Assembly: GCF_011386835.1 (NCBI RefSeq)
Contig: NC_088803.1
Coordinates: forward strand, 44,950,001-45,014,000
Direction of reading: 5' to 3'
DNA from: Chrysemys picta bellii
Lineage: Eukaryota
Length of the DNA: 64,000 bases
The notes under the pieces were generated by a model, which was given only the letters and a program-made list of their open reading frames with translations, did no database searches and was not told the origin of the DNA. Shown one piece after another: positions 11,913-22,350 of this stretch. Each line of letters begins with the position of its first letter. The first letter of the stretch is position 1. Position numbers and translations under genes: made by a program.

Positions 11913-13179
11913 TGTAACCCTTCTGCCCGTCTGAGTTGGCAGCAACAAGGGCTGGATTCAGTATCTAAGGGTTCCGTTTCAATAACACAATGCAAAACTG
12001 GCTCGAGCCCCCATCCAGTGACTTGGGACAATTACATACCCCCCCCCACCCCCCCGGGCGCCTCTAAGAGGCAATACTTCCCCTCTCGCAAGCACGGAGT
12101 CTGAGTGTAGCAAAATCCTTTTAATAAAAGAGGGAAAAAATGCGGCATTATGTTGGGGAAACACTAAAAACAGGATTCATAACACAAACCGTGAGCAAAA
12201 GACCCATCCCCAAGTAAGTTTGGCAGTGTCCTTTTCCCCTCAGGGTCTTAAGTCCAACAACCCAAAAGATCACCCCAAAGTCCCAAAAGTCCAATAACCC
12301 AAAAGTCTGTGTCCCTGGTCAGTGCAGCCCCAGAGTTCAAAAGTTTATCTGCAGAGTTTTACCCCCCCTCCCAGCCGGTGGGGGGAGAAGGAGGCACTTG
12401 GGGTGTTAAGGGGCACCTTACGTGGTAAGGCCAACTGCCCTGCCTCTCCGTGGGGTTCTGCTGCAACCTTCACCACGAGCCGCTCCACTCCACCATCCGT
12501 CCCATAAACCACTCCAGCCATCCCACAAACTACTCTGCTCCATTTCACTCCACTCACTATCCTATGGGCAGCTCTAACCGAGCAGCAAACTGCCACTTAG
12601 CAATATATTTTCAGGCTCCTGCATTAGTTAAGACAGTAATCTCAACTCTTAATAATTTTAGCTCTTTAGCAATTTCAGTTTGTAGTAGAAGAGCCCCAGT
12701 GCTAGTGCACCATTGGCCCAAAGTGAATTCAGTATAGCAGTCTGTAACTAGATTCTTAATAGAATCAAAATTAGCTCTGCTATTGAACAGTGGAAGAAGA
12801 TACAGCAGTTGCTGTTTCAGACTGCACCAAGCCCACACACTTACCTGTCCCAGGCTTTTCTCAATTCACTGGGTTTTGGAACCCATGTCCCTTGTCTAGC
12901 GAGTGCTACTTAGTTGATGGTGAGTCCCTCTGTCATAAAACAGTTCCACTAGCCTTGATTCACATAATCAGGGTAACAACACTTCATTCTTTCTGCCCCA
13001 ATAACAGAGAAACTGGGGATCCCACAGCAGCCAAAGTGAACATTTGGGCAGCTGTGGGCTCATGCTAGGTGGGGTGGGTGTGCCTATGCAAACAAGACCA
13101 GCCCCTGAAGTTCTTTTCCACAACTTGCCACAATTCACCACCAGATGTCAGGGTAGAGCTCATCCTGACTCTGCTTACA
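11913..13179 (-). mobile_element. Probable solo LTR
   Basis: Begins TGTAAC and ends TTACA (TG...CA termini), about 1.27 kb, no pol or gag ORF, flanked by TA/TC microsatellites. Orientation inferred from ATTAAA on the - strand near 12120; TSD not recognisable. Confidence 0.6.
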
Positions 13180-14435
13180 TCTCTCTCTCTCTCTATTTAT
13201 ATATATAAATATATATTTATAGCACAGGAAGGCCTGAGAGTTTATATATATATGGAAAAGTTTCAAAAGCCTTAACGTGACTTAAAAGCCTAATTCCTGT
13301 TTTCAAAAGTGCCAGGCAGTCACAAGCCGTAATCCAATTGCAAGCAAATGAGGGCCAGTTTTTTAAAGGGATTTTGGCATTGCTTGGCTGGGTGGAGCAA
13401 TGCCTATCCCCTAGGTGGCCTGGTGGCTACTGGAATTTTCAGCCCCAAGTTAAGCAGCTCCCTGTGGAGTGCAAAGGGGTAATTAAGTGCCTAAGAAAGG
13501 GCTTTTCAAAAGCCAGCCAGCTAAGTGGAGAGCCATCTAACCTAACCAGGCATGAAATGCCAAAAAGGGGGAGGAAAGGGGGAGGAGAGGGATTTAGGTG
13601 CCTAAGTAACTGACTTGGTACATGTGGCTGACACACCAGAGATAGGCTCCGCCCTCTGCTCGGGACCTCAGCTGCAAACTCTATTCTCCACCTAGATCAG
13701 GTCAGTCACTTAAGTAGCCCATGCCCTAGCAGCCAAAACACGCTCATATGCACAATACCGCGCTAATGCTTGCCCTATGGTTCACTGTGCCCTGGCTGTC
13801 TTTTGTGCAGGTGCTAATGCTGCCTCTGTCCCCTCCAGTCAGTGGCCATCATCAGGCCTTCCTGCTGCAAGGTCTGACAGATGTCAGGTTGTAGGCATGC
13901 TCAGAGCACACCTGTGATTGGACCTTAGTGGCAAGACAGGCGTTTGCCTGCCTCTTTTAAAAATTCTGCTTCAGGGCCTGGGGGACTTGGGCTTGGGCTA
14001 CAGCTATGAGCAGCTCATTGGGGTGGCTGGAGCACTGCGGCTGCTTTGAAAATGCCAACTAGCAGAAACGTAGGCATGTAGGGTACTGAGGCACCAGGGG
14101 TGGGTGGGTTAGGTGGTGCATGAGGTGCAGCTTTGAAAACATCAGTGGCACCCACATTAGGCATCACGCTGCCTGTTAAGGCACCTGAATCCTTTTAAAT
14201 ATCTGGCCCTGAGCTCCTGTGTGCTCATGTCACCTTTGAAAATGGGCCTTAGGCCCCTAAGTTATTTCGATGTTTTTTTTTTAATTTTACCCGACGGTCA
14301 TGTAATTAGTGCACCATAATGAAAATGCCTGTTGAGATCCCAAAATGTGGGTGAAGGTAGGATAGCCTTAAAACTGTCCATGAGGCAGTAGGGCCCATCT
14401 TACCCACACAACGCATAGCCCATTGATGACTAGGA

Positions 14436-14596
14436 GGAGGGATAGCTCAGTGGTTTGAGCATTTGCCTCCTAAACCCAGAGTTGTGAGCTCAACCCTTGA
14501 GAGAGCTATTTAGGAGTCTGGGGACAGGGCCTGCTTTGAGCAGCGGGTTGGATTAGATGATCTCCTGAGCTCTCTTCCAACCATATGATTCTATGA
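14436..14596 (+). mobile_element. tRNA-derived SINE with CR1-type 3' tail (turtle Cry / tortoise PolIII-SINE type)
   Basis: ggagggatagctcagtggtttgagc (A box) ... gagctcaaccc (B box-like) ... ttccaaccatatgattctatga (CR1 tail). Confidence 0.85.
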
Positions 14597-15116
14597 CTTC
14601 ATTAAGCCTGACTGAAGAGATGAGATTTTGCAGAAGAAATAAATGGCTGTTCTTCTAACCTAAACTATATTGAGAGAGAGAAACTTCAAAAGCAAACAGC
14701 TTGTGCTGGCAACAAGTAGTTTCGTTCCTGTGTTGAAGCATGATCTGCGTTCTATACGTGGAACAGATGGTGGCTTGACTTTCAACAGATGTTGTAAAAG
14801 GCTTTGAAGATGCCACATGCTATGGAAGTGCTGAATACGGTGTGTAACAGTCCCAGGAATGGCATTATGGCCCCGCTTGGTTGTGACTAGAATTGGTTAC
14901 AGGCTGGTGGCCATTCTGTGCCCTGTAAGACAAATTATTTGCTGGCTTCAGCCCAGTCTCATCACAATAAAATAAAAATAAAAAAGCCCCTCCCCAGAAA
15001 CAAAACACCATCATAAGAATGAATGTTCAACGACATTCTTGTTGGCAGTGTCCGCAACTGAACCAAGGATTAATGAAGCTTTACTGAGTGTAGTGCGCTC
15101 CTCTCCCTCTCCTCAG

Positions 15117-15254
15117 TTGTGATCCAGGCATGCCACAGATGAGGCCAGAGGGTGTAGCTTGTATGCTAGCACTGACTGCTGCACCCATTTTGTGGCTCTG
15201 TACAGAGGCCTCGCCAGGACTGAGAGGCTATTGCCTTCTGCAAGAACTAAACAG
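15117..15254 (+). CDS. Candidate unannotated gene, exon A (signal-peptide-coding)
   Basis: Strong acceptor ctcctctccctctcctcag|; only one frame is open through the exon; ATG at 15130/15139 gives MPQMRPEGVACMLALTAAPILWLCTEA-SPGLRGYCLLQELN; donor AG|gtgtta, phase 2. Confidence 0.55.
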
Positions 15255-15590
15255 GTGTTAAAAAAGCGAAAGATGCATTAGGTGCACTTAGTCCTAATCA
15301 TTACAATGCTGGGCAGGGGGTGGGGGCCATCTTTATGCCTTGCCACTATGTAACTCACATTAAAGACAGTGGAAACATGGAGTGGGCTGATAATATTAAT
15401 GGCCAATACAGCACTCCCCTGCGCTTTGTCACATTCACTTAAACTAAGTCACTATATTTATAGAGAAGCAACCCTTCAGCCATGTTCCTGCATGCTACAG
15501 CTGCTGATCACTTGAAAACATTCACTGCTTATCAATGGTAACACATGTACAACATTGGCAGATAGGGAATGCTTTAGTATTATTAAACAG

Positions 15591-15778
15591 GCTTGAAATT
15601 GCCAAACAGCCAAGGCATGCCAGGGTCAAAAACAGAGTTGTTTGTATAAAGACGACGAATTACAGAAAAGTGCATTTGAAACAATTCCATATTTGAGGGT
15701 ATTAAGGTACTTTGTGCCCCCGGCAACAATTTATCCAAGCTGTATTTCGAAGCTGTTAAAAAAGGCAAATGGGTTCAG
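15591..15778 (+). CDS. Candidate unannotated gene, exon B (carries an apparent 1-nt deletion)
   Basis: Acceptor aaacag| (weak pyrimidine tract). Phase-2 entry reads LEIAKQPRHARVK; adding one A to the A5 run at 15628-15632 continues KQSCLYKDDELQKSAFETIPYLRVLRYFVPPATIYPSCISKLLKKANGF to donor AG|gtggtt, phase 2. Confidence 0.55.
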
Positions 15779-15859
15779 GTGGTTAGCTTTACTGAAAAAT
15801 ATACTAACGAATGAGTCTCAGCGAATAATTTATTTTCACTTTTTTTGTTCTTTGCTCAG

Positions 15860-15981
15860 GAATTGTTCTCAAAAAGATTGTGACAATGTGTGTTACTCAA
15901 AACCATTCTGCCAATTTCTTCAGCAACTCGTTCTTGGGTGCCACTCATTAGCTAATTGTAATGATTTACAATGCAAACTGC
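15860..15981 (+). CDS. Candidate unannotated gene, exon C (Cys-rich)
   Basis: Perfect TACTAAC branch point (15802-15808), long U tract and cag|; NCSQKDCDNVCYSKPFCQFLQQLVLGCHSLANCNDLQCKL; donor C|gtaagt; enters phase 2, exits phase 1. Confidence 0.65.
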
Positions 15982-16077
15982 GTAAGTAAAATGCATTGGT
16001 CAGGCACTGTTGGGTCTTTGCCATGGCTGATGTAATTAAGCGCCTCTTGAGAATAGATTGTGCAAATATTCCTATCA

Positions 16078-16285
16078 CAGTGGTTCTCAAACTTTTGTAC
16101 TGGTGACCCCATTCACATAGCAAGCCTCTGATAGCGACACCCCCCCCACCCCTCATAAATTAAAAACACTTTTATATATATTTAACACCATTATAAATGG
16201 TAGAGGTAAAGCAGGGTTTGGGATGGAGGCTGATCACGTGTGACCCCCCTCCCCATGTAATAACCTCATGACCCCCCCCCCCCGT
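16078..16285. mobile_element. Truncated hAT (Charlie-like) MITE
   Basis: Starts cagtggttctcaaac and is colinear with the copy at 46018-46209; right TIR missing. Confidence 0.7.
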
Positions 16286-16407
16286 CCTAGCAGTAGAATT
16301 TGAGTGTTTGAATGTTTTCAGGCAGTGAACAGAAAATATATATTGCCAAATTCAAATTTGCTTTCCAATTCAAAGGAAAATTCACAATTTTCCCATCGTT
16401 CTTCCAG

Positions 16408-16532
16408 CTCTAGAAAATATCCATGATGCAGTAGGTGAACATGAAAATCTAGATACAACTTCCTTGCCTGTTAAAACAGAATGGTTAGATGATCTTCTGC
16501 AGCTGAAAGATGATGCACTTACCCCATTCTAA
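16408..16532 (+). CDS. Candidate unannotated gene, exon D (terminal)
   Basis: Strong acceptor ttttcccatcgttcttccag|; phase-1 entry reads (P)LENIHDAVGEHENLDTTSLPVKTEWLDDLLQLKDDALTPF then TAA; AATAAA at 16953-16958. Confidence 0.6.
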
Positions 16533-18008
16533 AGAACAAATGAAATGCGCTCATTCTGCCTCTTATTGCTATCATGCTTAATTACTGGGTGAATTATAAT
16601 GCTCAGACATGTGGAGGGTTGATCTAGGGGCAAAAGGCTCATTATGCCTGATGCTTGCACACAGATGTTGTGCTCCATTCCCTGCAAACAGTAGTTCTGG
16701 GAGCATTGTTTGCTCTGGGTCTTATTTATATTGGCTCTTTCTTTAGTCGCTAGCAAGATTGACACTACTTTTGTGGTGGGGAAGTCTGGATTAGGCTGAT
16801 ATTCCTTTGCGGGGTTCGGGGGGGGGGGGGTAGGAGGCCTCTAGATTGTCTTCTTTTATTTATAGTGCTCCATAATGTGATAAAACAAATTACTAGAAGC
16901 TCATTCAATGAGCCAAGGTCTTCCACTGTGCTGGTCTTATGTGTTTATTCAAAATAAACATTGAAAGGAATCGTCTTCTTAATGTTTCTTCAGTTCTTTT
17001 CCGCTGGCCTACTTGGAAACTGAAAGGAGAGTGTCACTGAAGTGTACTACATGCCTAATGTATAATGAAGCCATCTTAAACTCACAAAAGCGTCCTGGCT
17101 GGGCCATCTGGTGCTCTGAGATACCAGACCTGTGTCTATCTGCAGGGGACATGCCTATGTCATGGGACTGGTTGGAGTTATGTTACGTCTTTGATGCAAT
17201 GAAGCATTTGCAGTGTTCCTTGGGAACACTATTTTTTATCAGTAACTGCAATTGGGCCAGGCTTTTTCCCCTTTATTTTGATGGCAGATTCCATGGTACA
17301 TACTAGTCTTTCTTTCTAGCCAAATTCCTCGTGGGAGGCAGTAATGTCCCTGTGGTATAAGGAGGATTTCATAACAGACTTGTACAACTGTGCAGTACTT
17401 CATGGCAGTGTAACAAGGATTATAGTAAGCCAATATATAACAATAAAACAAAACACCCCATGATCTGCCTCAGCCTGTAACCCAAAGTGCTTCATAGGGT
17501 GACTAACAATTACAAAGTTAAACTATAAAATAGTTGCAGGGACTGGGGAGAGTGACGTGCAGGCAAAAGAAATGAAGGCAAAAATAGAGAGGTGTTGAGT
17601 ATGTAATTGAGTATGGTTGTTTCTCTGCCTGAGGTATAGTAGGTGAAAAAGCTAAAACTGTAATTTTTAAGATAATTTCATTACATTATTAAGGTCAGAG
17701 TTAAGGGTGTGCACTGCCAAGTGGTTTTTCATTTCTTGTGTTATGCCCTGAGGCTGATAAAGTTGTTGGATTGAATTAGTGTGGCTGAGTTGTGATAGTG
17801 GCCTAATGCTTGAAGGTCACTATTGGGTGTGAATGTTGCCTTAACTTAATTGTGGTGAGGAAACACACACACACATCTCTAAGTTAGCGATGGTTTTTAT
17901 GGGGCCTATGTGTAACATCTGGCGAAAGCAGCTGATTCTTATGGACTCAAGCCCTTTCTCTTAAACAGAATATTGCTATAAAGTCATGGATACGAATTCT
18001 ATTCAGAA

Positions 18009-18316
18009 CAGGGGTCAGCAACCTTTCAGAAGTGGTGTGCCGAGTCTTCATTTATTCACACTCATTTAAGGTTTCACGTGCCAGTCATACATTTTAACGT
18101 TTTTAGAAGGTCTCTTTCTATAAGTCTATAATATCTAACTATTGTTGTATGTAAAGTAAATAAGGTTTTTAAAATGTTTAAGAAGCTTCATTTAAAATTA
18201 AATTAAAATACAGAGCCCCCCCCAGACTGGTGGCCAGGACCTGGGCAGTGTGAGTGCCACTGAAAATCAGCTCGCGTGCCGCCTTTGGCACGCGTGCCAT
18301 AGGTTGCCTACCCCTG
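18009..18316. mobile_element. hAT MITE
   Basis: TIRs caggggtcagcaacct / aggttgcctacccctg; perfect 8-bp TSD attcagaa (18001-18008 and 18317-18324). Confidence 0.88.
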
Positions 18317-18909
18317 ATTCAGAACATCATTTTAGGGATGTAAATAGCATTGGTGTTGGCAGAGGTTTAGATTTTATCCTCATTGCTGCTCAGGATTGTA
18401 TTGTATTTGGATTTGGATTGGATTTGTATTGTAGCGATGGGTCTATATTTTAGTGAGTTATGGGCAATATCCCACGATCAATCCATGCATGGAGCTCTCA
18501 TTGAAATCCATGGGAGTTTTGCTTGAAGACTGATGAGAGGCTGTGGCATTTAACAATCACACCTTCGTTTCACAAACAGATGAGGAGTCAGCTTGAATTT
18601 GTTTGCCTCTGTGTCTAAAGCAGACTTAAGATAAGAGAGACGTACTCCTTCAATATGGAATATACGCATTTTTAGTGTCTGTTTCTGAACGGACACATTC
18701 CACACAGACTTAACATTAGTTGAGGGAGAAGCACATTCTTCCTCTCCACATACTCTGCAACGTACGTCTGATCTTACATTCCATATGTAGGAAGAACTCC
18801 CAGTGAATGGAAGTTTTGCCTATATGTGTGCAGGCTTTGTTAATAGGGAGATGAGCATAATGTGTGGCGTTGGATACTCCCCTGCTTGTTTGAGTGACAC
18901 CGTCACCAG

Positions 18910-18916
18910 TATAAAA
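18910..18916 (+). promoter_or_regulatory. Candidate TATA box of TUBB1
   Basis: TATAAAA about 120 nt upstream of the ATG; non-CpG promoter; AGATAA at 18629-18634. Confidence 0.5.
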
Positions 18917-19030
18917 AAGGCCCTTTTTGAAATGAGGCCAGTGTGGCTGTAACTGATACTGCAGGAGAGAGAGGGTTTCTTCCAGAGACTGAGCCAGGCT
19001 GTAGATGCTGAACTTTCCAGTCTACATAAA

Positions 19031-19087
19031 ATGCGTGAAATTGTGCATCTTCAGATTGGCCAATGTGGAAACCAAATTGGAGCTAAG
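19031..19087 (+). CDS. TUBB1: Beta-tubulin class VI exon 1
   Basis: [19 protein letters not shown], 57 nt, donor AAG|gtgaga. Confidence 0.97.
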
Positions 19088-19741
19088 GTGAGAATTGTTT
19101 TCAGTAACCATCATTAGTGGCAAATGATTTGGGACAATATGGGCAGTACAGGAGTGATTAAATATGGACTGATGTGCGGTATCATGGAGTTCTGTTCATA
19201 GGCAGCTTGAGAAGCATGAGCAGTGAAGGTGTAGGTTTTAATGTAATAGCAACGGGCTTCTTCATCAAGCAAATGCAAGGGCTGAGCATAAAACATCTGC
19301 AATAGTTATGTGATGATTTGGTTAGGTGAAGATTATCAGCATTCAAGGGAAATCAATCCTGCCAATAAACATTGGAATGTGTGCAGGTAACTTATTTATA
19401 TCAGTCTTGCAAAGTTCTCATACAAATGTACTAGTCTAGACAAATAATGTATTACCCCCACACTCAATATGCTGTTGATCGTAATAATTTATTTTAAAAG
19501 GTGGTTTACTTGACCATAAAAAAATATAATTACTTGACCTGGATAAATGAGTGAGTAGAATTTTCCCAGGTTGACAGAAAGCGGAGTTAAGGTCCAGTCT
19601 AAAACTCCACTTACAAAAGACAAATAAATGTATATTTATATTTACATAACTCAAAAACAACTGCATCAAGTACCACAGAGTTCAGACCAAAAGCAATTAA
19701 AAAAAAATCCTTAAATAAACTGTTTCAACTAGTTTTGAGAT

Positions 19742-19776
<35 letters not shown>
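19742..19776. repeat. (TA)n(GA)n compound microsatellite
   Basis: tatatatatatatatagagagagagagagagagag seen directly. Confidence 0.95.
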
Positions 19777-21610
19777 CTACATACCCTGGAAATAGCTTCA
19801 TAAAGATTGCTGTTAAAGCACATTATAGGGTATAAGATGGCTAATTTTTCAATGACCTTTGAGTCTCAATATCCTGCACATAAAATGCTATACAGTAATT
19901 ACCCCTCTAATTAAATACAAGCATTAACACAGATGCAGCAGTGATAGATGGCATAAAAAATAGACAGCATAGACAGGGAACACCTTTTCGCAGCAATCTA
20001 GATGAGGATGATATTAATGAAGAGGTTGCAACATATTGTGAAGTTTTACTGCCAAGGGGCTTTAGGTGATTTTTGTCAGCACTTAGTGTTAAGGTTCTTG
20101 CCATTACTTGTGACTGTAACTTATTTTGTTTGTATGTCAAGAAAGAAATATTATTTATGCATAAACCTATATCATAGGCTGTGATGGAAATGATTATGTA
20201 TTGTGTGCACAGGTGATGGGAGAAATACTGTTTGTGTTGCATGACTTTTGCAGGAGTTTTTCTCTTAAGTAGGAGTCTATCAAAATGACGTGGGACAATT
20301 CAGAAAAATAAGCTCTTTAGCAGATGAATCAAACAGAAAGCCTGGGCCTGGATTTCTCGCCCATCCACAATGCCCACTGACTTCTTTCCCTGGGAAATGC
20401 AGGAGTAGCCCGAGAGGAAATATCTTCTGAATGAAAAAGTCAATGTGGCTTTTTAAAGGTGTATATACTTTACTCTCTCTCTCTCACATACACACATACT
20501 CAGAAACTTTGCTCTGCAAACTGATGGTCTCTAGTAATGTTGGTGCAAAATGCTCACACTATGTAAGCACCATCATCTAGATATGTTATATTTGTAAATT
20601 TAAAATGAAGTTGTGTGCTAAAGGCAAGAGACCTTTAAAATTAAAATAGCCTGCTCATGACAGAGGGTGTGACTGCATTAACACTGCTGTAGTGAGCTGC
20701 TTAGATAAGAGATGCCAGGGCTGGCTCTATGAATGGAGGGCTAGATAGGAGTTTTACTAATTTTGTTTTTTGATGATCTGTTCCTGTATGCTCTGCGCAT
20801 GTTGCCTTTAAGTCTGCCTCTTACAAGAAAGCCGTGTTTATTTTGAATAGTTATGGGTCAGAAGCACACTCCAGATCCAAACACTCTCAAATGTGCATCA
20901 CTAAACCTGCATTACTAAAATTAAATATGATTCATTAGGAAAAGTGAAATGGCTTAGAAAGTAAACTCAAGCGTGAACTCTTGAATGCATTTTCTGCCTC
21001 TGCATCCCCAGAATCTGTGACAATTTCTATGCCAGACTCCTTATTCTACTCCTCTTCATCTTCAGAAAAACCCAAACACAACTGCAGACCTAATGCACAT
21101 GCACTGTTACTTGGACTGTGTGCGCAACGGCATGTGGAAATGATCACTTATGTAGCTAACTGGTCCCATTCGCCTGGCATTGTGAAGTATGCAAGCTACA
21201 CCTAATGAAAGGGTGACAAAGTTCTGGCTGTAATGTGTAAACCTGTCTGAGTCAGTTAGAATTCCTCCATACTCACTTCAGTGCTGGTCAATCCTCAAAA
21301 GACCCTTACTGTGTATGATCCTACAGGCTGGGCCTGGTGCTACTTCCCTCAAAATCAATGACAGTCTTGCAATTGACTATAATGCCCTTCTTTATCCAAC
21401 TTGTGCAGTTGATGCCTAGAACTGTAAACACGTATCTGTTGACTTTTTGTGTGGCACTTATTGGTTTTGTTATTAATGTCTCTGATGCATTTCATACCAG
21501 ACTGCTTGTATTAGGCAAGATGCTTTCCCCCCTGTGGCAGTGTTTATAGGTAAATGGTGGGACTCAAGAAGTGTTTACTTGGTTGTACTTAGTTCTGTTT
21601 CCTTTTTCAG

Positions 21611-21719
21611 TTCTGGGAAGTGATAAGTGATGAACATGGAATTGATGTCACTGGGAACTACCACGGTGATTCACCACTGCAGCTTGAGAGAATTAATGTG
21701 TACTTCAACGAAGCTCATT
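21611..21719 (+). CDS. TUBB1: Beta-tubulin class VI exon 2
   Basis: 109 nt, AG/GT bounded; [36 protein letters not shown]. Confidence 0.97.
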
Positions 21720-22239
21720 GTAAGTGCTCAGGGTCTTTAATGGGTTGGTTAAGCAGATTACAAAGTCATCATGGGAGGGTTAAAATAAAAAATACTGTGG
21801 GTGGGTGGGATTTTCAAAGTCAGTGTTTTAGGAGCACAAGTTCCATTGCCTCCAATTGGAATTGTTCTCCTAAGTCACTTTGGTGCTTTAGAAAATACCA
21901 CCCTGTATCTTCTCTTCCTGTCGTGTAGTCCTAACTTGCTCTTACAAATCAAAACCCCCACTGAAATCAACAAAAGCTTTCCCTGTAAGCACTGCAGGAG
22001 TGGGACCAATGTTGACTGACCAATGAGGGTTTTTCCAGATTGTGACATTAGTTGATCTTCTGTAATTACTAAAGGGACTATCAGTTCAATAGCATGGATT
22101 GCACTTTGCTCTGTTGTAGAATGTAGAATTTTTGTAGAATGTGCTGACTGAAATGTCTAAACTGAGGAGATGTGATGTGACGGGGGTAAGATTTTGCCTG
22201 GCTTCCTGTCAACTTATTCTTACTTTCCTTTTGCCACAG

Positions 22240-22350
22240 CCAAGAAGTTTGTGCCCCGTTCTATCTTGGTGGACCTGGAACCTGGAACCATGGACAGTGT
22301 ACGATCCAGCAAAATAGGCCCACTCTTTCGACCTGACAATTTTATTCATG
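22240..22350 (+). CDS. TUBB1: Beta-tubulin class VI exon 3
   Basis: 111 nt, AG/GT bounded; [36 protein letters not shown]. Confidence 0.97.

Noticed and set aside
14436-14520. tRNA-like sequences here and at 45570-45643 and 54034-54080
   Set aside because: They are SINE heads: they continue into CR1-type tails or are truncated and do not form complete cloverleaves, so they are not called as tRNA genes.
14664-15596. Selenoprotein hypothesis: in-frame TGA codons at 14805, 14832 and 15594 in a Cys-containing frame joined by a phase-0 splice
   Set aside because: No SECIS recognised downstream; the phase-2 model through exon A needs only one indel and yields a signal peptide, which is more parsimonious.
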